DNA of 64,000 nt from positions 49,414,001-49,478,000 of the forward strand of contig NC_042999.1 of assembly GCF_006345805.1 (NCBI RefSeq), given 5' to 3'. A program made the position numbers and the translations under genes. Positions 40,229 to 53,943 of the stretch are shown in pieces. Position 1 is the first letter of the stretch. Each line of letters starts with the position of its first letter. Under the pieces are notes generated by a model. It was not told the DNA's origin. It saw only the letters and a program-made list of their open reading frames with translations, and did no database searches. This DNA comes from Octopus sinensis (Eukaryota).

Positions 40229-40703
40229 AAATGATGATGATGGTAGTCACTCGTCGTCCAAGAAAGACGGTTCGGCAATATCTTGCTAAATGAGCTGCAT
40301 AAGCTTTATTTGTTTATAGGGATCAAAGGTTTGTACTGTACATAAGCCTACTCCCTTCATCAAATAGACATTGCCAGAACCATTACACGATGTACCACAC
40401 GTCAGATGTCATAGAAAAACGAGAGATGAAGTGGCTTGCTGAAGAACACAACGCATTCTCGGTCCAGGTATTCAAATCATGATCTCACTATTGTGAGTGC
40501 AACTCCCGGATCACTAGGCCATGAGCCCTCAAAAACGTTCGTTTAAGACCAATATATACATATTTGTCTTACTTTATTCTTTTTTAGACTGCTTTTTTAA
40601 ACTTACATACATCAAATGGCATTTGTTGACGCTGATTTTCTACAACTGGTTATTCTTCCTGTTACTAATCTTTACATGTTTCCAAACAATTCATATATAT
40701 AAA

Positions 40704-41093
40704 CTAGCAGTATCGCCCGGCGTTGCTCAGGTTTGCTTCGACCCTTTAGAATTGGAATTTTTGAAAATTAAAAATTTTGCATTATGTAGCTTGTTATTAT
40801 CTTTAAGTGAATATTTTTCTGGTTGAAATACACCGAAAAATGGCGACACAGCTGTCAAAATATCGTAAAAAATAGGGATTTTCATAGCAAAAAAAGCACC
40901 TTTTTGATGTAAATAATTTTTGGTCTTAACATGGTCCGATTTCAATTTTATCTTCTACAGAATGAAGAGCAAGCCTTCTATCATATTCTCAATGTTGGTC
41001 AACTTGCGCAGCAGGGTCTCGGAGGAGATAGTGTTAGTTAAAGGCTACCAAACCTGCTATACACAGACAAATTCAGCTTTATGTATATAGAGA
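40704..41093 (-). mobile_element. Non-autonomous Helitron
   Basis: The minus strand starts 5'-TC after an A and ends CTAG before a T, with a GC-rich hairpin (cctgagcaacgccggg) about 10 nt before the end. Confidence 0.7.
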
Positions 41094-41184
41094 TATAACA
41101 ATTGCAGCGTGGAAGGTGTTTATAAGCCATATAAGAAACATACAAAAAACCGTTAGATTCACTTCAACATTTAAATTTAATTTG

Positions 41185-41228
41185 CCAAAATATTTTCGTC
41201 GCTTTGAGACCGCGACCTCTTCACTGAC
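41185..41228 (-). ncRNA. Degenerate hammerhead motif
   Basis: Minus strand: gTGAAGA g gtcgc ggtctcaaa gcgac GAAA ATA; stem II is perfect but C3 is lost. Confidence 0.45.
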
Positions 41229-42148
41229 AAAATTCCGTGTTCCTTGAATGGCTTATAAACACTTTCCACGCTGCAATTGTTTTCGATCCAGCACACGATC
41301 TCAGGTTATATCACTTGCTATGCAAGTACATCTCCGTAATAATACACACACACACACATATATATATATGTATGCATGTGTGTGTGTGTATATATATATA
41401 TATGTGTGTATGTATGTATATATATTATATGTATGTATGTATTTATGTATATATAGGTATTATATTACGTACGTACGTATGTATATATGTATATTTGGTC
41501 TGAAAATCGATTTACACTTCCATAGAATAATTAAACTTATGATGAAAATACTTAAAGCAACTCCATCGTCTATATTTTCTACACTTAGAAAGACTCGTGT
41601 ATTCAAAGAAAACACTGAATATAGCCTAAAATTAAAGTTTTAAATAATCTTGTGATATTATTCTAAAAATACGATATTTCGGCATTGAAAATCTCTTCTA
41701 AATAGTCTGAATGATTTGATAAATAAGTTCTGTGTAAGACTGAACACAGCAACATTTAATAAGTTCATGATTATTTATAAAACGCAGATTAATTCTTCGG
41801 TTCTTTCACGTAGAAAAGAGCGAATCGTACAGATAAAGAGGCATCTTATGAAATGGTTTTGATTTATTTAGTTATTGAAGATGAATTCTTTTGAAATTCC
41901 TTATTGTCACTTAGATGATACGAAGGATTAAACATTGAAGATAAAACTTGCTAGAGGTTCCATAGAAAAGGGGCTTTATGAAAATAATTGAACGCATAGA
42001 GCTTTACCAAGGCTGAGCTCTGAACCCAATGTAGGACATCGCGAAGTGCATTTTATACAGTCGAGTTTGCATCGAAATGGCTGCAGGAACTAAATCTTGT
42101 TGAAAAGTTGAAATGAAAACGGTGCATTTACGTTTGGCAGTAAAGTAG

Positions 42149-42655
42149 GACTGACACAATAAAGAACGAGAAAGAAAGACGGAAAGAAAGATAGAAAGAA
42201 GAAAGGAGAGAAAGAAAAAATGAAGAGAGAAAGAGAAAGAAAGAAAGGAATGAAGAGAGGAAGAGAAAGAACGAGAAACAAAGACAAACAGAGAAAAATG
42301 TACAACTGACATAGAGAAAGAAAGAAAGAGTAAGAAAGAAAGAACGAGAAAAAAGAAAGAAAGAAAGAAATGAAGAGAGAAAGAGAAAGAACAAGAAAGA
42401 AAGACAGACAGAGAAAAAAGTACAACTGACATAGAGAAAGAAAGAAAGAGTAAGAAAGAAAGAACGAGAAAAAAGAAAGAAAGAAAGAAATAAAGAGAGA
42501 AAGAGAAAGAACGAGAAAGAAAGAAAGAGTAAGAAAGAAAAAACGAGAAAGAAAGAAAGAAAGACAGAAAGAAATGAAGAGAGAAAGAGAAAGAACGAAG
42601 AAGAAAGAACGACAGAAAGAGAAAGAAAGAAAGAAAGAAAGAAAGAAATACATCA
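42149..42655 (+). repeat. Polypurine (GAAA)n-based compound repeat with a 120-bp higher-order unit
   Basis: tacaactgacatagagaaag recurs at 42301 and 42421. Confidence 0.9.
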
Positions 42656-43740
42656 AGCCTGAAAGAGGCAGAGATTAAAATACATAAAAATATCGAGCTT
42701 CTTTAAAGTACGCGTTGTGGTGGTGGTGGGAGAGATAATATTGGGATGAAAATAACGGCAAAAAAGGAAACAAATTAGAAGTAGATGCAGTTAGTATTTA
42801 GATGCAAAATATAGGCTAAGATGAAAGGTGTGTAGAGTTTTTTTTGAAGAACACAAGTGTTAATGCCTGTCTAATGAAAGGAACAAAACATGATTCACTA
42901 AAACAAAAATAAGCAACAATACTCGAAACAACAAAAGAGAGAAAGAAAGAAAGAAAAATAGAGGAAGAAATGCAGATAGAAAGACGTTTGTGGCTAGTCT
43001 TTGTAGTGTTTTCATAAAGATTCCAGAAGATTCTTTAAACGTGTGGCAGAAAGCACTTCAAGATATTTATTTACATTGACATCACTACGTGAACTGGTTG
43101 AAAAGTTCCAGATACAGAAGTTGTAGCTCATTTTTATTATTTTTTTATTATTTTTTAATATTTTTTTATTTTTTTCGCTCAATAATTTTATATATTTATT
43201 TTATTTTATGTTCTTTTTCAAAATGAGCGTTTTGCGATTGATAAAGAGAACAACGCGTAAACACACACACACACACACACATACAAACAACAACAACAAC
43301 AGCAACTACAACCATATCAGAAAATTTACAATGAAAATCAGAAAAGCTCACTCCGTCGACAACAACACCGAATAAAGATGAAACTATGGTTCATGTTAAA
43401 AGAAACCAGCATAAAAGTATTTTCTAATCGGTCGGCTTTCAAAAGTTAATAAAGTTAGTTTAGTGAAGCAATTATTTCCTTAGTTAAATATTTTACAACC
43501 TACGACATACACTCACACACACAAACAAACACAAATATATATCTATGTGTGTATATATATATATGCATATGCATCTCCGTGTCTATGCATGTACTCACAT
43601 GTAAATGGATGATATATGAGCACGTCTCTACATCTCACGGTCTTTGTGAAAACTATTTAATAAGGAAACCCATTTCAAGTAAATAACTCTTCTGAAAGTC
43701 CCTAAGGACATTTTCAAATTCAGTTATTCACCTTTTTGTT

Positions 43741-44522
43741 TCTTACCTGCCCAGAAGGGGCTACACACAGAGGGCACAAACAAGGACAGACAAACGGATT
43801 TAGTCGATTAAATCGACCCCATTGAGTAACTGGTAATTATTTAATAGACCGCGAAAGGATGAAAGGCAAAGTCGACCTCGGCGGAATTTGAACTCAGAAC
43901 GTAGCGTCAGACGAAATACCTATTTCTTTACTACCCACAAGGGGCTACACATAGACAGGACAAACAAGGACAGACAAACGGATTAAGTCGATTACATCGA
44001 CCCCAGTGCGTAACTGGTACTTAATTTATCGACCCCGAAAGGATGAAAGGCAAAGTCGACCTCGGCGGAATTTGAATTCAGAACTTAGCGGCAGACGAAA
44101 TACCTATTTCTTTACTACCCACAAGGGGCTACACATAGACAGGACAGACAAGGACAGGCACACGGATTAAGTCGATTACATCGACCCCAGTGCGTAACTG
44201 GTACTTAATTTATCGACCCCGAAAGGATGAAAGGCAAAGTCGACCTCGGCGGAATTTGAACTCAGAACGTAGCGGCAGAGGAAATACCTATTTCTTTACT
44301 ACCCACAAAGGGCTACACATAGACAGGACAAACAAGGACAGACAAACGGATTAAGTCGATTACATCGACCCCAGTGCGTAACTGGTACTTAATTTATCGA
44401 CCCCGAAAGGATGAAAGGCAAAGTCGACCTCGGCGGAATTTGAACTCAGGACGTAACGGCAGACGAAATACCGCTCAGCATTTCGCCCGGCGTGCTAACG
44501 CCTCTGCCAGCTCGCCGCCTTC
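43741..44522 (-). mobile_element. Nin/Deu-domain SINE with one head and about four tandem 184-bp body units
   Basis: gaaatacc recurs at 43913, 44097, 44281 and 44465; the head (44465-44522) is present once. Confidence 0.92.
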
Positions 44523-44596
44523 TACTCGCTATATAGATAGATAGATGGATAGAGAGAGAGAGAGAGAGATACTACGTATGCATATACAAAAGTGTG

Positions 44597-44630
<34 letters not shown>

Positions 44631-45060
44631 CATACACATACATACAAATGTATTTAATCTCCGTATGTTTGTGCATATACATACATAGAATAATCCACCT
44701 TTTAGTTTGTTTGGTTGACTAGTGTTGTTGGTAGTCAAGGAGATTTTTTAGCAAAACCTCTTTAAATCTCATTCCCTCGTACCAAAAAGAGATCTACCCT
44801 ACTATTTTACCATTTTAAGTCAAAAATCGTGTTTTGTAGGTTCCAACGTAGCAAACAAATCAGGGCTTCATTGCTTTTACTAGCATCAGCACTTGTTAAC
44901 TCATTATATTTTCCACAAATACTTTCTCTAATTCTTTATTTTTTCATGATTATTTGTTTTTATCACATATTTTTCTGTTTCTTTTATTTCTTTTATTATT
45001 GGTATTTTTCTTTAATTTACTATGGTCTTTACCACAGCATTTGCATAGAACAAATCGATC

Positions 45061-45131
<71 letters not shown>

Positions 45132-45322
45132 CTAAAAGATAAAAACAGCGTACAATAAAACAAAACGGAATGTATTTATCTGATGTAAAAATCCCACTGG
45201 TGAACGTGATCTTGTAGATTTGTGTGAATAATTAAAGAATGTTGCAAATTTGAAAAGAAGAGAAAATAAATACAGACACCAGATGTTGTTTTTCCCTTTC
45301 ACTTTTTACCCCTCTCACTAAC

Positions 45323-45371
<49 letters not shown>

Positions 45372-45697
45372 GATATATATAATGTAAGTATGACGTATGC
45401 ATGTATGTATGTATGTATATGCTCTTATATTTCACATACACAACACACACCACACGCATATATATATATATATATTATATATATATATATATATACATAT
45501 ATATCATGAAACATTCACAAACAATGCAGTAAGTAGTAAGTACATAGCTATTAGATTATATGCGGACAGAAAATTGTTTAACAAAATTCCATATATAAAC
45601 ATACTTGCATATATATATATGCGTGCGTGCGTGTGTACATTTACACATATATATATATACACATATATATATGTATATACATATGTGTGTGTATATG

Positions 45698-45729
<32 letters not shown>

Positions 45730-45972
45730 AGCAAATCAACTTGAGTGTATATATATATATCGAATTGTGTGTGTGTGTGTATTTGTGCTTTTGCATGATT
45801 ATGTACGTAATAAAACCGATGTTTTTCAATCACCGAATGTTTCCAATTAGAAAAAAAAAAAGAAACAGGATAGAGATATAGAAAGGGACAGAGGAAAAGA
45901 GACAGAAAGGGAATGTATGCATACACACACACACGCACACATACATACATACATACATACATACATACATAC

Positions 45973-46009
<37 letters not shown>

Positions 46010-46015
46010 GGATAA

Positions 46016-46051
<36 letters not shown>

Positions 46052-46119
46052 GTAGATAGGTAGATAGATAGAGATAGATAGATAGATAGATAGATAGAGA
46101 TAGATAGATAGATAGAGAC

Positions 46120-46174
<55 letters not shown>

Positions 46175-47170
46175 CTATCAAGTACCTATATGCACGGGTA
46201 TACTCCCTTCATTGCATTCAGATAACCGTGTGCATACTACTGTGCACAAACTTACACGCACTCATACAGAGAACTCATATACACACACACCCAAAAACCC
46301 AATAGAGAAGTACAATAAAGAACAGATACGTACTTCCACTCCGAGATAAAAACTTAGGCACATTTCAATATGTAACTGTATAACCATCACAGTGTGAACA
46401 GATACCTGCCTGAATCTATAATTCGTTATTTCTTATTTGTTTGACTGTAGAAACACCAATAGATGCACACATACACACACACACACACACACACATACAC
46501 ACACTCACACACACACATATACATAAACACACACAAACATACACACACACACACCATATGCATATTCACACAGGCGCACGCACACACATCAATCATAGAG
46601 GACAGAAGTGCTGAATAATCAGGCAGGCAGAAAGGCAGACAAGCAGACGGATATGCTTACACGCAGTCTTACGTTTTTTATATGAATGTGTACTTATTTG
46701 GGGGGATATATACGTATGTATATATCCATGTATATACACTTGTGCAACCGTTGGTGTTAATGGAAGAGAGAAAAATACTGGTAGTCCGGAGAAATCCGTC
46801 TAAGAGTCAACTGCAGAATCAGTGCAAATTACTAACATGCGTGCCTGCGTGCGATTGTGTGTGTGTGTGTCAGAGGGAGAGAGAGGGGGGAGAGGGAGAG
46901 AGAGAAAGAGAGAGAGAGAGCGTGGATAAATCCATAGATGGATAAACACATTCCTATAATGATAATCTTCCTTTAAAACAATATTCGTATGCGACAAATA
47001 TCTATTTTTCTCCTACCGGAGTTCGCATAAATATATAGGCGTAGGAGTGGCTGTGTGGTAAGTAGCTTGCTTACCACCACATGGTTCCGGGTTCAGTCTT
47101 GTGAATGGATTTGGTAGACGGAAACTGAAAGAAGCCCGTCGATTATATATATATATATATATATATATAT

Positions 47171-47594
47171 ACAACTTATAAATAAGGGCAAACGAAAAAA
47201 TTTCTAATGCCAAATATGCCGAAATTAGACACCCTGTCCATAACCATATAATTTTTTCACAATATGCACGCTACTCAAAAAAGGTCGACAGAAATTTCTA
47301 AAAAATTCCATTATTACTATATCGGACCGATTTCAGGAAATAAATGAGATACTTACTCATACCCATGTATGAGTTATTTCTTTGCCACATTTATCACTGA
47401 CGAAGGTGGGGTTCTTATGAACTAACCCTGAAATCGGTCCGATATGGTAATAATGGAATTTTTTTAGAAATTTCTGTGGGCCTTTTTTGAGTAGTATGCG
47501 TATTGTGAAAAAATTATATGGTTATGGGCAGGGTGTCTAATTTCGGCACATTTGGCATTAGAAAGTTTTTCGTTTGCCCTTATTTATAAGTTGT
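47171..47594. repeat. Fold-back inverted repeat, arms about 167 bp, 89-bp spacer
   Basis: 47171-47337 pairs with 47427-47594. Confidence 0.95.
47392..47444 (+). ncRNA. Type I hammerhead ribozyme at the centre of a fold-back element
   Basis: tatca CTGACGA agg..gttc ttat gaac..cct GAAAT CG GTC cgata; canonical core, GUC site at 47437-47439. Confidence 0.7.
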
Positions 47595-47675
47595 TTATAA
47601 ATTTAACCTTTAAAGGTATTTTTTGATATGCTGGCCATTGATAAAAAAAATTTTTTTCGAAAAAATGTTTCGTAC

Positions 47676-47718
<43 letters not shown>

Positions 47719-47753
47719 ATATATATATATATATCAATATATATATATATATA

Positions 47754-47786
<33 letters not shown>

Positions 47787-48253
47787 TGTATGTATGCATG
47801 TATGCGTGTTGTGTTTTGTTTATGTGTCCTGTGTTTGTACCCCAGCATCGCTTGACAACCGATACTGGTGCGTTTACGTCCCTGCAACCAGCGGTTCGAC
47901 AAAAGAGACCGATAGAATAAGTAACTAGGCTTACAAAGAATAAGTCCTGGGGTCGATTTGCTCGACTAAAGGTGGTGCCCCAGCATGGCCACAGTCAAAT
48001 GACTGAAACAAGAGTAAAAGAGTATATGTTTCTCCCATAGAAGCCACTAAGAAAGATGTAAGCAAAACCTGCTGAAACAATATGAAAATAAGATTTGGGT
48101 GTTAGGAAAATATTGAGAACTTTTTATAGGTAACTTATGCAAGAGAAAATTAACCACTGCATATTTCTGAAAGGGATGCATAGAACCGATCCTATAAGGT
48201 TGAGAGCATATATGTAATAGCCTTAATCCGTTCTCTCGTTTAACATAAGCATA

Positions 48254-48615
48254 TATGTTTCCTTATTAGCCACACGGGGCTGCACACAGACAGGACAAAT
48301 TACAAGGTAGAGCTTTTCTTTCGGGGATAAAAAAGGGGGGTGGTTTTCGATCAAAAGGGATCGTAAAAGGAAAGAAATAGGAAAGCAAAAGCAAGAAAAT
48401 AAAAAACTAAAAAAGGGGGGGGGGATAAAAATAAAAGGAAAAAGAAAAAATCGATCAATAGGGATCGTTATCGCAGAAATGTTAATATAAAGTGTAAAGG
48501 GGAAGGCAGGTGAGGTTTACCCGTAGAAAGAAAAGCCTACGGAAAAGACCACGGTAACCTCGGTCAATGAAGTCACATGTTACATTTTTGTTTTTTACAA
48601 ATAACTAACTCTCTG
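48254..48615 (-). mobile_element. 5'-truncated 3'UTR-only copy of a related Tx1-like LINE
   Basis: Colinear with 53944-54325 (gtttccttattagccacacggggctgcacacaga...gaccacggtaacctcggtcaatgaagtcaca). Confidence 0.9.
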
Positions 48616-48853
48616 TATACCCTGATTGATACACTGCAACAGGCATTCTAGTAAGATGCCTCCTCTGTCCGAAGCCCTATGATGTCCCTTAAGTGATTAT
48701 ATACGTAAATGTGTGCGCGCATGTGTTTGTGTGCGTTTATATGTATATATGTTTGTGAACGTTGTAATATATGCATGTTTTTGTGTGCAGAGAGATAATA
48801 CTTAAAATGTAATTCTAAATATCTCCATGCACACCAATAGGCGGTCAGACAGT

Positions 48854-48936
<83 letters not shown>

Positions 48937-48954
48937 GCAGACAGGCAGACAGGC

Positions 48955-48992
<38 letters not shown>

Positions 48993-49012
48993 TATATATT
49001 ATATATATATAT

Positions 49013-49108
<96 letters not shown>

Positions 49109-50088
49109 TTTTGATAACCTTTGCATATAATATGCCACTATATCTTTTGAAGTGTCACACGAGTATCATTTGTAATATATTACATAATACAGATAATATC
49201 AAGTTAAATATAATTACAAGTGTAGCATTGGACAGTATTGATTTTAATAAATTTATACCATTTTTAAGCGCGTCTGTTTCTACCTTTATACATTTAGAAG
49301 CATATTATATACAGCTGATCAGTTCTTTTCTACATCGGTAATGTTATAAATTACCCCAACAACATCGATTTGTCCATTTAAATGGAAAACAAATTGTGGC
49401 GTCTGTTCTTGAAATACATTATGTGTTTGTCTGTGTGAATATGTAAGTATATTCATAAAAGAAATATTACGACTGCCTTACTATTCAGTCATTCGTTTGA
49501 TCAAGGTAAGCAATAAGAATTGTCTTTAACAATACCTCGAAACCCCAACACATGTAAATTTGATTTGCCAAGAGCTGTCAAATAATACTTTAACATACTG
49601 TCTCCCAACATTTTCACGGTGGTTCCCAACAGTGATTCCCAACCCTTTTATTTAAATGAGTTTTCCCACGGACCTCTTTTAATATGCTTAACTATATATC
49701 CATATATAGTTTTCCTTATGTATTCAAAACTTATTTGCCGATTTTGACGTATAGTGTATCAAAAGATTTAGCAATCTTTCGGCTACCAAATAACCTTGAT
49801 TTTCATTTACGTATTTGCATTACAAAACTTTAACATTATAATCTTCCTATAATTCAACTATCAGAAACGACATTTTATACCACCACCATGACATCACATA
49901 TATATCTATATATTAGCAGATGTCTGTGTATTTGTATGTCTGTGCATAATGCCAATGAGGGAGTGAGAGAGGAGAGAAAAAACAGAGAAGCAAAGTGAGG
50001 AAGAGGCTCTTTACTTCTTCATCTCCTCATTCGTCACAACGTTCTTCGATAGGGGAGAATGTAAATAGTGTGTTTCAGTAAGTTAGAA

Positions 50089-50127
<39 letters not shown>

Positions 50128-50327
50128 GAAACAGACATAGACTAAAAGAGGGAAACTGTTACAGAGGGTGAGAGAGAATATGTGTGAGCGAGAGAAATAC
50201 AGAATGAGAAAAAAGACAAAGAAGAGAGAGAAAGAAACAGAGAAAGAAAACAAGTTTGTATAGAAGTTGAAAGAGAGAGGAATAACGGGAGAGAAAGAGA
50301 TGTTCATGTTTAATACCATATGTGCGT

Positions 50328-50376
<49 letters not shown>

Positions 50377-52336
50377 TGTGTGTGTGTTGTGTGTGCGTGC
50401 GTGTGCGTGCGGCGTTCCACAATCGCCATTAATTTCAATCACTCATTTTTTCATTTAATCTCCATTTTCCTTTTCAAAACAGTTTCCGAGAAGAAAAAAA
50501 ATGTTCTCACTCTCTACAAGTGGAGGCGGGATAGATGATCAGTGTTCTGCCGTGAAGCAAAGACGAGTACAGGTAGCCACTGTAAGGTCACTAGAGATCC
50601 CTGCGCAACGATAGCAAATACATGAAAACGACCGAAGGAGAAGTGTTGCACGTAGGACCAATGAGTCACAAGAATCAAGGGAAAAACGGTTAGAATAATT
50701 ACGTCAACAAAATGCAATCTGCAGGAGCCAAGTGTCAAAAAAAGATAACACCGATTAACTAACCGCCCTTGATAATGAATTAAAGTTTACTCGATAATGT
50801 CGCTGCTTTAATTGCCTCATAATGACTACTTCTCTAGCACTCCGAGTCTTTGGAGTATTCCAGAAGACACAGACATTAGGTAGCAAACATAGACTGGTTT
50901 GCTTTCCAGACTCCGTTGAGGTCATAACTAAGCGTTCATAAAATGCTTTCGAATATAACCTAGAATCCAGTCTTAATTTTTAATTGTTTTTTTTTTGTGT
51001 GTGGCAGGGTACTTGTTCCACATCGAGTTGATTTCAGTGCATATGACTTTCAAGTCCGCAGCCCAGCATGATCCCACTCAAGTGACTGACACAATGTATG
51101 TGTGCGTATGCATATGTATATACTACCTATGTACAAACATATGCCACACACATTCACCCTGATACACACACACATATATGTCTATGTGTGTGTTTGCTTG
51201 TGCATGTACGATTCGCGTGATTGCCGTACATTTGCATATAGTGATACAAAAGAAGATTTTTGTTATGATAAAAACAAAACAATGAAATGAAAAATAGCAA
51301 CATTTTTTGTCCTTCTTCCTCTGTTTCTGTCTGGTATTAGATTATGAAAATGAAGATTACTTTTTCAAAAGATATCAAACATTTATTTTTAAACTCTGAT
51401 CTGCTTGCACTATAATATAAATATATAAATCACATGCAGTTTCCTTCTTACAGTTGCCGATGTTTATTCATACTCTTATACATTTGATTCTCTACAGAAA
51501 AAAGCTTTCGTTGTAGCACAGATTTTCTCATTATAGCAACCGTTCTTTATATATCGGTATATGCAAATTGTAACATGTGACGAAGCAGCTTATAGATGCG
51601 TATCGTGAAATTTGACAGGTGGTATTTATACAAAGGAAAGGAAAACGAAAAATAGAGGAGAAAAAATGTATGATATGAAGTTGATGAAAATCAAAGTTAT
51701 TAGATATTTTCTAACTAAAGATGGACTATACAGAAACGTACATGGCCTAAAATCCCCAGAAATAAAAAGAAATACAACCTAAATTGACAAATCCCTAATA
51801 TCTTCATTGGAATAAGCCGGCCTGTCATTCAAGGAAAATTTTGTATTCTGTCATTCACCATAGAAATCTATATTATATTTATATCTTCGCGCATCTTTTT
51901 AAGTTTGCGATGAGAGAACTAGGAATGATAAAACCTCACTTAAACCATAATTGACGTCAACTTTTATCAGTAATTTGAATATGTAATTTAGAATAATTTA
52001 TTATTCGACTCTATTGTCGGTTGAATTAGAGCTGACAGTTTATTAAAACTAGATATCGATTTTTGTAAAGTTCGAACAGTAAAGTAATCTCGTTGAAAAA
52101 CATCAAGCGAGATTTTTGACGATATTGAAGTTGTAACCGCAATGATAAGCATCTAGAGAAGGTTTCGAGAAGAGCTCTCAGAAGGCCGCTATTCATATTT
52201 GGTAATTCTTATTTAATCTCTTCCCCAAGTGCGAAACCATCGACAGTGTGTTCGATGCTTTCTCGCAGCTAACACTTGAACCACTGATAACATCTGTTCA
52301 ATGCAAGCGTGGCTAATATACCAAAATAATAATAAC

Positions 52337-52386
<50 letters not shown>

Positions 52387-53420
52387 CAAGTACAAAATAA
52401 GAAAATACCGAAATCAAGATATAATGATGCATATTTTGAAGCCATTGCTTCGCGAATTTAGTAGTATTTTATTGTTAATCATTTTGAGCTAAAAGTATTA
52501 GTATTACATGTCTCCATTGTTGATGGCATAATAGTCAAATATGCTTGTAAGGATTTGTTAACTCAATGATGCTTTTAATATATTCTCATTTTCTGCATAA
52601 TGAAAAGGATTTATGAAATTAGCATTCTACGCTAGCATGTTCCGTTTGTTTTCTCATAAGAGTTACAAAATAAAACTTAATTTTAACCAGATGAGATTGT
52701 GTCAACAACATGTAGGGTTATGCATCTAGAGTATTCTCATGGTGCTTATGGTATCATTTTCCTTTTGTTTTTTGGATCTTTAATATCTTAAGGATCAAGA
52801 GAATCTTTGTTGTTGAAAGAACGATAGTTTACAGATAAACATCAACGCTAGTTAGAGACGTTTGTAAACAATAGATCCATGTATTAACTATACTTAAATT
52901 CATCTTTTTTGCTGTTTTTAACCAAAACCATTTACATATTAAAAACAAATTTGTTTTGCATCGTAAATAGCTTTAAAAGCATTTAACTTCAGTATTTAAT
53001 CTGCGTTTTAAAATTATCATATAAGACACTAATTGCTAACAATTATGTTTAGATGGTTTCAAAATGATACTGATTTTGTCAATGAAAAAAAAACATTCTC
53101 AGCTTCTTAAACACAATTCTATAAGCTCAGGCATAGCTATCTGGTAAAGAGGTTTACATCACTGCTATATACCTTCATGTTTGTGTGTGGAGGGTGCGTG
53201 TGTGTGTGCGTGTGCATGCGCGAGAGCGTGTCTTTGTATTCGTATTTGTCCTTCACAGCTCTTTGACAATCAGTGTTGCTTTGTTTACAACCCTGCAACT
53301 TAGCGGTTCGGCTAAGTACCAGTATTTAGAATAAGTACCAGTATTTAGAAGAAAATAAGTACTGCAGCCCAATGAACATCATGAATATAAGATAAACGAT
53401 AAACGATGCATGTATACGCA

Positions 53421-53426
53421 GATAGC

Positions 53427-53510
<84 letters not shown>

Positions 53511-53537
53511 TAGATAGATAGATAGATATATATATAT

Positions 53538-53579
<42 letters not shown>

Positions 53580-53598
53580 TGATAGATAGATAGATAGT

Positions 53599-53640
<42 letters not shown>

Positions 53641-53646
53641 TATAGG

Positions 53647-53695
<49 letters not shown>
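53421..53695. repeat. (GATA)n/(GACA)n tract, left flank of the Tx1 LINE (right flank 57662-57722)
   Basis: Direct inspection. Confidence 0.95.
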
Positions 53696-53696
<1 letters not shown>

Positions 53697-53937
53697 TGTT
53701 TCTTTATTAGCCACACAGGGCTGCACACAGATAGAACAAATTACAAGGTAGAGCTTTTCTTTTGAAGGTTTAAAAAGAAAAAAATATAATAATAATAATA
53801 ATAAATAAAAATAAAATAAAAAAAAAAAGGGGGGGTCGATCAAAAGGGATCGTAAAAAGAGAAAGAGGACAAAAAAGGGGGGGTTAAAAAAAAAGGGGGG
53901 GAGGAAAAAAATTGATCAATAGGGATCGTTATCACAG
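53696..53937 (-). mobile_element. Extra short 3'-terminal copy (about 242 bp) of the same Tx1-like LINE
   Basis: Near-identical to 53944-54171; separated from the long copy by TAGAT. Confidence 0.9.
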
Positions 53938-53943
53938 ATAGAT

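Larger units (their letters stand above)
47036..48023 (+). mobile_element. SINE family A split by the nested fold-back element
   Basis: Head 47036-47141 and tail 47815-48023, with the insert in the internal (TA)n. Confidence 0.7.

Noticed and set aside
43741-44522. Regularly spaced repeats as a CRISPR array
   Set aside because: Units are near-identical over their full 184 bp with no unique spacers, and the context is eukaryotic.
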